A stretch of DNA of 64,000 nt from Mobula hypostoma (GCF_963921235.1 NC_086097.1:166844001-166908000); one strand, 5' to 3'. Positions 49,630-62,180 are shown, counted from the stretch's first letter. Notes: generated by a model from the letters alone, not told the origin. Numbers and translations: made by a program.

Positions 49630-52600
49630 AAAGAACTAGAAGTAAGATGAGGAGATAGATTTCTGCCGAATGAGAGTATTGCCTGGATGGGGAGAGGGGA
49701 GAAGGGAGAGGGGGAGGGGGGAGGGGAGAGGGGGGGGGAGGAGGGGGGGAGGGAAGGGGGAGAGGGGAGAGGGGAGAGGGGAGAGGAGGGGAGAGAGGGC
49801 GGGAGAGAGAGCGGGGGAGAGAGGGGGGGAGAGAGAGGCCATTCCCCTCAATAATAAGTATATCACATTGGATACTGTTGGGAGTATGGGGGGTGGGGGA
49901 GTGGAGCCACAGCAACCATGAGTCTGGCACTGACACTGGCTCTATGGCTCAGAAGGGAAGTGTGGAGAAGTGGAGTAGTAGGGGATTCCATAGTTAGAGG
50001 AGCAGATAGAAGATTCAGCTGACATGAAAAAGAAACCTAGTGCCAGGGTCAGGGATGTCTCAGGTCAGGTCCATTGCATTCTAAAAGGAGAGGGGTGGAC
50101 AGTTGGAAGTCATAGTACATCTTGGTAACAACGACACAGGTAGGAAGAGGGATGAGGGCCTGAAGAGAAAATATAGAGAGATAGGGAGAAAGCTGAAAAG
50201 CAGGACCTCCAGGGTAGTCATCTCCAGATCACTACCTGCCTGTGCCACTTGTCAGTGAGAGAAAGAACTGATAATTTGGCAGATGAATGTGTGGCTGATG
50301 AATTCACGCAGGGGGCAGAATTCAGATTTCTGGATCATTGAGATCGCTTCTGGGGAAGGTACAGCCTGTACAAAAAAGACGGGTTACACCTGAACCCGAA
50401 GGGGAACAATATCTTTGCAGGCAGGATTGCTAGAGCTGTTGGGGAGGGTTAAAATAATTTGGCAGGAGGATGGGAACTGGAGGGATAGGGTGAAGGATAG
50501 GGCAGTCAGTGTACGAGTAGATGGAATTTGCAGTGAGATTGTGAGGAAGGATAGGCAGATGATAAGGAAAAATTACAGTCAGTGGGATGAATTGAAGTGT
50601 AACATGGGAGCAAAATTAAAAAAGGTGATGTATACAGGACTGAAATGGTTACATTCGAATGCATGCAGAGTATGGAATAAGGTAGATGATCTTGCAACAC
50701 TGTTAGAGAATGGCAGGTACAATGTTGTGGGCATCACTGAGTCGTGGCTGAAAGAAAATCATAGTTTGGAACTTAACATCCAAGGATACACATTGTATAG
50801 AAAGAACAGGCAGGTAGGCAGAGGCGATGGGATGGCTCTGGTGGCATAGAATGAAATCAAATCCTCACAAAGAGGTGACATAGGATAGGAAATTGTAGAA
50901 TCCTTGTGGGTGGAGTTAAAAAACTGCAAGGGTAGAAAGACCCTGATGGAAGTTATATACAAGCCTCCAAATAGTAGCCAGGACCTGGGATACAAATTAT
51001 GATGGGAGATAGAACAGGCCTGTAAAAAGGGCAAGATTATAATAGTGATGCGGGATTTCAGTATGTGGGTAGATCGGGAGAATCAGGATGATGCGGGATC
51101 TTAAGAGAGGGAATTTGTAGAATGCTTACAAGATGGGTGCTTAAAGAAACATATGGTTGAGTCCACTACGGGAGAGGCAATTCAGGATTGAGTGTTGTGT
51201 AATGGACCAGATTTGATTGGGGAGTTTAGGAGAAAAGAACCCTAGACGGCCGTGATCATAGTATGATAGAATTCATCCTGCAGTTTGAGAGGGAGAACAT
51301 CAAGTCAGATGTGTAAGTATTACAGCAGAGTAAAGGGAATTACAAAAGCATGAGAGAAGCTGGCCAAAGTTGATTGGAACTGGACACTAGCAGGAATGAC
51401 AGTAGAACAGCAATGGCTGGTGTTTATGGGGAATTCAAAAAGCTCAGGATAGATACATCTCAAAGTTGAAGAAGTATTCTAAAGGGTGGATGAGGCAACA
51501 GTGGCTGACAAGGAAAGTCAAAAACACCATAAAAGGAAAAGGGACGGCAGCTAGTAGAGCTAAACTTTATGACAAGTTGGAGGATTGGAAAGCTTTTAAA
51601 AACCAGCAGAAGGCAACCAAAAAGCCATAAGAAAAGAAAAGACAAAATATGAAGGTAAGCTAGCCAATAATATAAAGGAGGATTCCAAAATATTTTTCAG
51701 CTATATAAAGAGTAAAATAGAGGCTAGGGTTGATATTGGACCACTGGAAAATGTGCTGGAGAGGTAGTAAAGGGGAACAAAGAAATGGCAGATGAACTTA
51801 ATAAGTGTTTTGTGTCTTTCTTCACAGTGGCGGACACTAGTAGTATGCAAAAAATTCAAGAGTGTCAGTGATCAGAAGTGAGGGTATTTGCTATTTACTA
51901 AGGAGAAGGTGCTTGGGAAGCTGGAATCTCTGAAGGTGGATAAGTCATTTGGACCAGATAGACTATTCCCTAGGGTTCAATTCTATTAATAAGGGATGAA
52001 GTTTCAGGGTGCTTGGAAGCATTTGATAAAATAGACCGAAGTCAGTATAGTTTCCTTTAGAGAGAATCTTGCCTGACAAATCCATTGGAGTTTTCTGCAG
52101 AAATAAAAGGCAGAAAAGGCAAAAGAGACTCAGTGGATGTTCTTTACTTGGATTCTCAGAAGACCTTTGACAAAATACTACACATGAGGTTGCTTAACAA
52201 GATAAGAGCCCATGGTATTACAGAAAATATACTAGAATTGATAGAAGATTGGCTGACTGGCAGGAGGCAAATTGTGGGAATATAGGGGGCCTTTCCTCAT
52301 TAGCTGCCCGTGACTAGTGGTGTCCGAGTTGGCAACCACTTCTTTTCATTTATTTCTCAATGACTTGGATGCCAGAATTTACAGCTTTGTGGCTAAACCA
52401 AGTCTGCAGATTCTAAGAGATGGGTGGGGGCAGTGTCGAAGAAGGGATTCTGCTGAAGGACTTAGATTGGGAGAATGGGCAGATGGAATACAGTGTAGGG
52501 AAGCATACGGCCATACAGTTCTGTAGAATTAAAGCATAGATCATTTTCTAAATGGAAGAAAAATTAAAAAATCATAGGTGCAAAGGGACTTGGGAATCCT

Positions 52601-53212
52601 TGTGCAGGATTCCTTAACTTGCGTATTGAGCTGGGTGGTAATGAAGACAATTGCGATGTTGGCATTCTTTTTGAGAGGACAAGAATATATTATGCTGAGG
52701 CGTTATAAGGCTTAGGTCAGCCAGCACACGGAGTATTGTGTGCAGTTTTGGGCCCCTTATCTATGAAAGGGATTGCTGGCATTAGCGAGGGTCCAGAGGA
52801 TGTTCAGGAGAGTGATTCCAGGAAAGAAATGGTTAACAAAGAGAAGCATCTGCTGGCTCTGGGCTTGTACTCACTGGGGTTTAGGAGAATGAGGGGGGAA
52901 TCTCATTGACACCTATCAGTTCTTGAATGACCTAAATAAAGTGGATGTGTGGAGATGTTTCCTATAATGCGCAAGTTTTAGTCAGAAGATGGTGAATCTG
53001 TGGAACTTGTGACACAGATGGCAGTGAAGTCCAAATTACTGAGTGTATCTAAACAGAGGCATTTAGGTTTTTTATAAGTCAGAGCGTCAAATGTTATGGG
53101 GAAAAGGCAGGAGAATGGGATTGAAAGGGACAGTAAATCAGTCATGATGGAATTGCGGACCAACTCGATGGGCTGAATAGTCTAATTCTACTCCTACGTC
53201 TTATGGTCTTAT
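49630..53212 (+). mobile_element. CR1 LINE, decayed near full-length (ORF1 esterase region, ORF2, 3' UTR)
   Basis: IPLNNKYITLDTVG, VVGDSIVRGADRRF and DGLHLN (SGNH ORF1); VGITESWL, VDVLYLDSQKTFDKILH (ORF2); tail cttatggtcttat. Confidence 0.93.
49689..49837 (+). repeat. G-rich polypurine low-complexity tract inside CR1 ORF1
   Basis: About 150 bp almost exclusively G/A, with many G3-G7 runs. Confidence 0.9.
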
Positions 53213-54144
53213 TATCTGTGTGGATGGCAAGCAAACAAAAGCTTTTCATTTTATCTTGGTATGTTAACAATAATAAACTAATAATAACTACAAAAGAAAT
53301 ATTGCAAATGCGGGAAGTTTGAAATAAACACAGAAAGTGCTGTAAATACTCAACTGATCAGGTGGCATCTGTGGGGATACAACAATTTAGTTCATCAGAA
53401 GTCAGAATAATTAAAGATAAATAGCATTTAAGATGGAGAGGAAAGTTTGGAAATGGTGGAATGACCGAGGCAGGGAACTAAAGAGTGGTCTGAGGTGATG
53501 AAAGGCAGGAAGGGCAAAATGATGGAGTGATGGGCAGTACAAGATGAAAATGCAGAATTATTACCTGAATTTACCAAAGGAAGTTGAAAGGAATGCTGCA
53601 TATCCAGAGTGAAAAGGATGTACTGATGATTATCTTAAATTGATGTAGAGTTTAGAAGGCAGAAATAAGCCAAGTAAAACTCAGAAGATGCTGGAATAAT
53701 ATTAAGTTGTCCTGATACTTCTGTTTCTATCTTTAAATATAATACTTTGCCTATCCATAGTATTTTCTTGATCAATCTAAATTCTAATATCATTATAAAT
53801 TTAATATCCTTGCTATGGGCTGTGCCCAAATTTACACATTAAGTGCCAGGTCAGCACAGAAATGGGACTTTCAGCCCAAGTTGATCTGACTATCCATTTC
53901 ACTGCTTACCCTATTTGCCTGCATTAGGGCCATATTCCAGTATTCCTTTCCTATCTGAGCACCTGTCTATTTCAGTGCTCTAGTTACATCTCCATCTTCA
54001 ACCTCCTCTGGATGCTCATTGGAAATGAACATCATTGAAAAGCCCCTTCCTGAGATTTCCTTCACATCTGGTACACGTGGCAATCAAAGTCTCAACAAAT
54101 TATGCAGCAGGGGAAAGAAGCTGTTAAGTTTATCAGGTTTTAGT

Positions 54145-55187
54145 ACGCTGGAGGAACTCAGCAGGTCGGGCAGCATCAGTGGAAATGATGAGTCTACGTT
54201 TCAGGTCGGATCCCTTCGTCAGGACTGAAGAATGAAGGAGACTGGTCTTTCAACCGAACCTACAAGCATTCTTCAAGGATTTGAAGAATGCTTGTAGGTT
54301 CGGTTGAAAGACCAGTAATTTGAAAGGCAAAGGGGTGGGGGAGGGGAAGCATCGACATCATGGGCAGGAAAACAATGGGTAGTAGAAGGAGGTGGAACCA
54401 TGAGGTAGGTTATAGGCAGCTGGGGGAGGGGGCAGAGTGAAATAGGAATAGAGGAATGGAAGGGGAGGGAATTACCAGAAGTTGAAGAATTCTATGTTCA
54501 TACCAAGGGGCTGGAGACTCCCTGGACGGTATATGAGGTGTTGCTCCTCCAACCTGAGTTTAGCTTAGTTAACTCTTTGATTCCTTCAACACCTTTGCAT
54601 TGACAACAAGCTTCCATTTCTTGTTTACCTTCACCAAACCCACTAACTCACTGCTAGATTTACTTGGTTCTCCGCATTTGAATGTCCATCTGCTATAATA
54701 TTTATATGTCAGTGAAATCTTTCAACATCCCCCTCTCTTAGTTAACCTTCTCCACTCAGGTTGAAGGAGCAAAACCTCACATACTGTCTAGGTAGTCTCT
54801 AGCCCCTTGGTATGAATATAGAATTCTCCAACTTCCGGTAATTCCCTCCCCCTCCCTTCCTCTATCCCTATTTCACTCTGCCCCCTCCCCCAGCTGCCTA
54901 TAATTTACCTCATGGTTCTGCCTCCTTCTTCTACTACCCATTGTTTTCCTGCCCATGATGTCAATGCTTCCCCTCCCCCACCCCTTTGTCTTTCAAATTA
55001 CTGGTCTTTCAACCAAACCTACAAGCATTCTTCAAATCCTTTCCCCTCCTTCATTCTTCAGTCCTGACGAAGGGTTCCGGCCCAAAACGTCGACTTATCA
55101 TTTCCAATGATGCTGCCCGGCCTGCTGAGTTCCTCCAGTGTACTGTAAGTGTTGCTTTGATCCCAGCATCTGCAGATTATTTTGTGT
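54145..55187. mobile_element. Large fold-back Penelope insertion: inverted GIY-YIG-end/pLTR arms around captured host DNA
   Basis: TSD ttaagtttatcaggttttagt (54124-54144, 55188-55208); minus arm 54145-~54560; plus arm ~54755-55187; hammerhead-like motifs at about 54191-54227 (-) and 55059-55095 (+). Confidence 0.92.
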
Positions 55188-56069
55188 TTAAGTTTATCAG
55201 GTTTTAGTTCTTTCAATTTTCCCATCACTTACATCTAATCTTCTACCCCAGTTTGTCTATGACATCAAAATGTTCTTGGATCTTCTCTGATCTCACACCT
55301 ACAGGAATTTAGCATGTTTTAATGTCTGAACTCACATTTACAGGAATTCAACATTTCAACTCTTTGATTCCTTCAACACCTTTGCATTGACAGCAAGCTT
55401 CCATTTCTTGTTTACCTTCGCCAAACCCACTAACTGACTGCTAGATTTACTTGGCTCTCCGCATTTGAATGTCCATCTGCTATAATATTTATATGTCAGT
55501 GAAATCTTTCAACATCCCCCTCTCTGTTTGCCAAACCCTGTACGTTTGTTAAATCTATTACTCACCTCATCTTTCACCCCGCAATGTAAATCATATTCAA
55601 AGGTCTTTATTTCATTGTTGGTTTCTTAAAATATCTCATACCTGCTTGCTCAGATCAATTACACTGAAATATAGTTTTAAAGTATTTGCAGATATATGGT
55701 TGAAAGCAAATAAATCACACTTTGGCAATGCATCAGAGGTGAGATGTCTTTCACTTAAGCAGCCAACTTTTTAACTACTAAGCTAAATTGATGGTGTTTC
55801 ATGGCAGCAAACCATCAGGAACTGGAAATGGTGTGAAACTCACCACAGATTTTCTTTGGAAATTTAATTGAAACAAATTTTTAATAACTTTTTGCTAAAT
55901 ATTGGCATTATTTTCTGTGATTTCCATCTATATTCATCAAACTAAGAAGGAGACATAAACCAGGCAAACAGGCCCTTTAGCCCAGTGAGTCCATGACAAT
56001 CATTAACCACCTATTTACACTAATCTTACGTTAATCACTTTTATGTTCTCCTCATATTCTCATCAGCTA

Positions 56070-56300
56070 ACCCCAAATTCTACAAACCAGCTGTAGCACA
56101 GGGCGAATTTACAGTGACTAATCAACCTAACAATTTGCACATCTTTGGGAGGAGGGGGGAGAAAAGAAAGTATTAGAGGGAAACCCATATAGTCACAGGG
56201 AGAAAGTGCAAACTCCACCCGGACAGCACCAGAGGAAAGAATTAAACACAGCTCTCTGAGGCTGTGAGGCTGCAGTTCTACTTGTTGGTGGCACAGTGCC
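56070..56300 (-). mobile_element. V-SINE fragment
   Basis: gcacatctttgggagg..ggaaacccatatagtcacagggagaaagtgcaaactcca. Confidence 0.65.
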
Positions 56301-57150
56301 GGCAGCGCAGGAAAATGGAACACCTTCCCACTGTGGGAACTAACATTGGATATGCACAAAATCATGCAACAAATTTTAGGTGTTAATAAATGAAGCTGAT
56401 TGAGTTGCTGCAATGAGATTTTTTTTATTATTAATGTGCTGTACTTGGAGTTCAGTTTCCCTTCAAATGCTCCAAATTTTATGTTAGAGGATAGATAAGA
56501 TGCAATGTTAAAGGGAAAAAATATTTGTGCAGGTTGGAAGATTTTGGGACTTAAGACTTTAGATTACTGCCTGGAAGCAACAGATGATAGAAAAGCTTTG
56601 TAAAACTGTTCCTGCTGAAGGATCTCAGCCCGAAATGTCAACTGTACTCTTTTCCATAGATGTTGCTGAGTTCCTCCAGCATTTTGTGTGTATTGCTTGG
56701 ATTTCCAGCATCCGCAGATTTTTTCTTGTTTTTAGAAACCGTTCCTGTTTGCTGGGGCATCTGCCCTGTCCTGGAATTGTTATGCCTCAGGGAGCACTCA
56801 TGCTTTGATGATGCATGTTGAGAAAATTAAGAAGTTAAAGTGTCAGGCATCTTCTGATAGGTCCACTTAAGATTGCCTGGTGCAGGATGCAAATAACCAG
56901 ACTGGACAAAGAGAGTCTCCCGAGCTAGCTGGTGACTGAGTTCACAAACAAAGTGTCACTTTAGCATAATAAATATAGTTTACATTGTGGCAAAAAAGCC
57001 AAATGGTAAAATTGCTGTAGAAATCCAAACAGATACTGGAACCAATCAATAAGGATTCATGTCAAAGAAACATCATAACACAGTAATAAGGGAGAGGCAT
57101 TCTGTTGTGTATTTAGTATTTCAGTAATATTTGAGTAATATTGTAAATAT

Positions 57151-57390
57151 GTAACACACATTAAAGTTGCTGGTGAACGCAGCAGGCCAGGCAGCATCTA
57201 TAGGAAGAAGTACAGTCGACGTTTCGGGCCGAGACACTTCGTCAGGACTAACTGAAAAAAGAGCTAGTAAGAGATTTGAAAGTCGACTGTACCTCTTCCT
57301 ATAGACGCTGCCTGGCCTGCTGCGTTCACCAGCAACTTTGATGTGTGTTACTTGAATTTCCAGCATCTGCAGAATTCCTCGTGTTTGCGT
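57151..57390. mobile_element. Young fold-back Penelope pLTR element inserted in the Gypsy LTR
   Basis: TSD ttgtaaatat(gt) at 57141 and 57391; about 70-bp arms 57151-57220 and 57282-57351; hammerhead on the minus strand at 57213-57250. Confidence 0.9.
57213..57250 (-). ncRNA. Putative minimal hammerhead ribozyme
   Basis: Minus strand TAGTC-CTGACGA-A-GTGT-CTCG-GCCC-GAAACGTC-GACTG, with one stem II mismatch; same orientation as the PIEZO2 pre-mRNA. Confidence 0.65.
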
Positions 57391-59139
57391 TTGTAAATAT
57401 GTTGTTGCTTAAGCATTCTTTGCTTGTTTAAATAATTCATTAGGGGTTATATATAAAAGTATGTAAATGGCAAACATCTTCACACCACTGCGTCACATGT
57501 GTATGTCTTACTTAAAGTAAAAGTGAATGTACAGGAGTTATTTCCCGGCTCACTTGTTTTCCTTTCAATCAGTCTTTATGTTTTGGAGTTACAAAACATT
57601 AACAGTGGCAACAAGTAAGTTTTAACTAAACCCAAGATGACTTCCTACCTGTTCAAGGACAGTGAGATGTTTGATTTTTAAAAAAGTGCAATGAGAAATG
57701 GTTGAGCAAAATGAGAAATAAAATGAGAAATGGTTGAGTGCAGCATGTATTTTTCACAAGAGGAAAGACAGCCAAGTTTTTAAAAAGGCAAAAATTGGAA
57801 GTACTTGCGAGTTCATAAACAGTGAGTACCGTGTGATAATAATCATAAATTAAAAAAATAGAAATGGCTGGCTACATTGGAAAGATAGACACATTTGATT
57901 GCACAAGAGGTAACTGGATTTTGTATACTTAACAGATTGAGCAGTATGTTATAGCAAATGGAATAGATGATGAGAAGAGGGTACCAGTTTTCCTTAGTAC
58001 ATTGGATTTAAAGGCATACAGTTTGCTTAGAAGTTTAACTGCGCCAACCAAACCAGCTGAATTGAGCTTTGAACCAAAACCCCTATTGAATGCAGAACAC
58101 TTTAGGTTTCATAAGTGGAATCAAAAGGAAGAGGAGTCCATTTCAGCGTACATTGTTGCATTAAAGTAGTTGTCTGAGAATTGTCAGTTCAGTAATGGGC
58201 TTAATGATGTACCAAGAGATCATTTAGTTTGTGGAATCTTGCAAGAATGCTTTCAAAAGTGGCTCCTAAATGAAGTACAACTCACATTTAAAAGAGCAGT
58301 TGAAATTGTTGTATCAATGGAAACTGCAGACAGAAATGCAGTTGAGTTGCAGTTGAGTTGCAGTCAGGAATGAAAATGAGCATGAACAAAATTGAAGTGT
58401 CTGAACTGGAACTTGCCTGGCTAAACAAATTGTGTTACCATTGTGTGAGGAGTTCAAATTGAATAAACCAATGCAGACTTAAAGGTGAAACTTGCAACAA
58501 GGTAGGACACATACAAAAAGCATGTCGAGATGACAAAAATAAATGAACTGCGCAGGGAAGAGATAAAAATAAAAAATCAAGTTGCAGTTTCAACATAGTA
58601 CTAATCTGCCTACTGTTGATGAAAAATCTGATAATGATGAAAGTGACACCGGACTTGAGAGTTACAGTGTGAAAACTAATCATAGACAAGCAATATGGTT
58701 TACACTAGAGTGAATGACAAATTAATTAAAATGGAATTAGACACTGGTTTGGGTGTTTCAGTCACTCCACAAGAGTTTGAATATACTAAACTGAAGCCTT
58801 AAGATATCCAGCTAAGAACTTATATTGGAAAAAAGATAACTCCTATGGGAACGACATTTGTAGCAGTGAAATACAACAGCCACCAAGCCACATTAGGCTT
58901 TTATGTGATAAAAACATTGTGAGTACATGAGTGGCTAAGACAACTACAACTTGATTGGAGATTCACCCACCAGTTGCATGCCACATCCTCAGTAATAGAG
59001 TCAACTGGACGTGAACTAAAAAAGACAATGGATGATTCCACAGCAATGTTCAAGGACCCTACTCTCCATTTCTCATTGGCCTGCAACTGGCTCTTCCTCT
59101 CCTTCTTCTCATTCAGTCACCTGAGGTTGCTTTCCCGAC

Positions 59140-59455
59140 TTAAGTGCACCTGAGTGTTGATGATGCTTCACATAAAACATGGTGTGTATCACCTGGGACA
59201 CATCCTCTTCTTGGTGCTACCACTGAGGATGTGGTACAGGAGCTGGAAGATCCACATTCAATGATTCAGAAACAGCTTCTTCTCCCCACCCTTGGATTTC
59301 TGAACAGTCCCTGAATTCTACCTCAGTATTCCTTTCTATTGCACTGTTTGTTTAATTTTGCAATTTCTAGCAATTTTATGCCTTTGTAATGAACTGCTGC
59401 CACTAAACAACAAATTTCCCTTCATATAAGTCAGCGATAATAAATCTAATTCTGA
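59140..59455 (+). mobile_element. Rex1/Babar-like 3' remnant
   Basis: cacctgggacacatcctcttc..ctaccactgaggatgtggtacaggagc..ttcagaaacagcttcttc; tail gataataaatctaattctga. Confidence 0.55.
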
Positions 59456-61189
59456 ACCCGAACTCCCAGCTGAAAACCACAGTCATACGGAGAACATGCC
59501 AACTCCACACAAACAGTATCTGAGGTCTTTAATCGTTACTGAATATTGATTGTTCTTATTTAATTACATAATCTCCTTGTTTAATTCAATCCCTACCCAC
59601 AAAGCTCAATGAAAATTAAGATATTATTTCACTTCAATCCTACATAGAATAGAGCAACAATAAAATTCTCCTTTGCATTTGACTTAATTGTACTCTCTTT
59701 TTATGGCTTCATGTACAACATTTCACTATGCAATTGCATTTCACAAATTGCAACTTCTAACCAGTAAAAGTGAACTTTCAAGGAGAATCCATTGATCTGC
59801 AGTTGCTTGGAATGCAGCTTATCGGTAACATAGCTACAATTTAAAATGGCACTAATTATTCAATCTTAGAAACCAATTGAAGGTGTGGAAAGCCAAAACA
59901 CAACTGAAAACAAGTTCAAAATGTTGAATGTCATAGAGTGTGTGTTTGAAATGGAATGCTATAAACTGTTAGAATTTGCAAATGAGAAAATCCAGCTCAA
60001 CCAATAAATCAAGAGTTAGCTGTACATTCTTGTAAAAACACTTCATTATTCACCAACACTAACAAAAGCTATTTGTTTCTGATTAACAAGATGACTGTGT
60101 AGAGAAGTATTCCAAAAGCACATACAAAATTCATTCGGGATTATAATATGCTCTTAGAAAGTACATGAGGTGAAATAACAGAAACACTTCAATTTTTTTT
60201 AGCTTAGACATTGTATGATAAGATTGTGTGCCATGCATAGTGGCTTAATAAACTACCTCTATTATGAGCTATCTGAATTACCAAGTGAAGACAGATCCTA
60301 AATTGAGGAACTAGAGAAAGCAAGATCTCTTGTAATTTACACAATGTCTCAAAACGTTTCAAAGTAAGTGATATTCCTCAGAATGTGTCACATTCATTTT
60401 CCACATGTGCAGTGACAATGCTGAAGAGCTCCAAACTCCATGGAAAGCTAATCCTGATCTTCATCTATAGAATGTTGAAGACACTGCAAGTTGGCATTAT
60501 TTTCCTGTGCTCTGATGAACCGGGATGGATGAAAGTCCCGAGTTTATTGAAAAGTCAGAGTCAAAGCTAAACAGAGATTTGAATTTTGCTACTGCAAAAT
60601 CTAAACCTTCACAATGTACACATGAAAACATCTTTGAAAACGATTTTCCATAAAATCACAATCTTTGATTCTTTGTCAGTCTTCTTTGCATTTCTCGGCT
60701 CTATGAACAATTAATATAATTCTGGTTTTCCCTTTAGTGATGTATCTCTCACTTTTTATATTTTTATGCAATTCTCCTCCATCTGCTTCCACGAACCATT
60801 CAAAGCCTGTATATTGGCACCTCTAATTTATTTCACCTAAACTTGAATTGAATATACTCTACAAAGTCAGAAAATGCCAGAAACCCTCAGTAGGAGTGGT
60901 AGAGTCTATGGGAAGAAAAGCAGACTTAATATTTCAGGTCAAAAATCTGCTGAATACTTCTAACATTTTCTGTATTCAGATTTCCAGCAAATGCAGTTTT
61001 CATATATTACAAAGTATTATTGATATTAAAGGATAATTTGTTGATGATAGCAGTGAAAAAAAGCCCTTATAACACAATTGAACATCCTGGGGCAGACCAA
61101 ATGCCTTAAAGCCAGTGAAGTGTTTACTGAAGTGCAGTTACTATTGAGATTTAGAAATAATGACACAGCAAGATCCAAGAGTCAACAAT

Positions 61190-61830
61190 GTTAGTGAGGT
61201 CACATTTAGAATATTGTGTTCACTTTTGACCACCCTGCATAGGAGAATTTAAGTATTGCGCTTTTTTTTGGATTGCCCTGCCATAGGAGAGATGCTATTT
61301 AGCTGGAAAAACTGCAGAGGAGATGTATGAGGATGTTGCCAATACTTGAGTCTCTGAGTTACGGAGAGAGGTTGAGCAGGTTTAGTTTTTTTCATTAAAG
61401 CGCAGGAGAATGAGAGGTGATCTTACGGAAGTGTATAAAATTATGAGCAGTATAGAGTGAATGTATGATTGTTATTAAGTACAACCTTAGGATGAAAAGG
61501 TCTAGTGGCTATTGATTCCCCTTGTAGCAGCTGTAAAATTTAAATCTGACCAATCAAATGGATGATCTTGTACAAGTGTGCAAAATTATGAGGAGCACAG
61601 ACAGTGGTAATGTGCAGTCTTTCTCTCATGATTGGGGAATCAAGAGTAACCAGGCACTGGTTTAGGTTAGAGGGGAAAGGTTTAATAGGAACCTGAGGGG
61701 CATTTTTTCCAACACCAGAGAGTGGTCAGTATATGGAATGTGCTGCCAAACTAGTTGAGGTAGGTACACTAACAACTTGTAAAAGGTACTTGAAGAATTC
61801 AGAATTGAAAGGAAAGGGACATACAGGCAA
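61190..61830 (+). mobile_element. Decayed CR1 3' fragments
   Basis: ttagaatattgtgttcacttttgaccaccc..., aggagaatgagaggtgatcttacggaagtgtataaaattatg (RRMRGDLTEVYKIM). Confidence 0.75.
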
Positions 61831-61899
61831 ATGCATTTAACAAAAAGTATTTCTCCTATGTTTACTAAAAGCACACTGCACTTCTACACCCAGCAACCT

Positions 61900-62180
61900 C
61901 TTAAAAACAATGATGTGACAATGACCAGCATCTGAAACTGTTGTCTGGAGAACAAATAGGCACCAAGTCATAGAGAACTCGCCCAGTCTTCTTTCAATGA
62001 AGGCACAGCATCATTCAGGTCCACGAAGAGGCAGATATTTAACATATTATTTGAAGGCAAGTACAACAGCAGAGCTCTCACTCAGTATTGCACTATTGCG
62101 CTGAAGTAACGACTAGGTACTCTGCTCCTCGGAGTGAGACTTCAGTCCAGACTTGAAGGCGAGAGCCAAAGTTGACACCT
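61900..62180 (-). mobile_element. Possible ancient Deu-SINE (SacSINE1/AmnSINE1-like) remnant
   Basis: ctcagtattgcact..ggagtgagacttca..aggcgagag..agccaaagttgacac resembles the antisense Deu-SINE 5' region; recognised by eye only. Confidence 0.35.

Larger units (their letters stand above)
57103..59058 (+). mobile_element. Gypsy-type (Mag/K02A2.6-like) LTR retrotransposon remnant: 5' LTR, PBS, gag, protease; truncated before RT
   Basis: LTR TGTT(57103)...AACA(57604); PBS-like gtggcaacaag; gag from ATG 57864 MAGYIGKIDTFD..W..Y..IEQY.IAN.I..KRVPVFLS..AYSLLRSLTAPTKP; RDHLVCGI; Cys/His knuckle CNKVGHIQKAC; protease MELDTG at about 58730. Confidence 0.85.

Noticed and set aside
49625..49936. Proline-rich and Gly/Arg-rich ORFs
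   Set aside because: They are translations of a low-complexity G/A tract within a decayed CR1.
55545..55600. Strong minus-strand donor GAG|gtgagtaa as an exon end
   Set aside because: The upstream frames give no PIEZO-like peptide and there is no other support.
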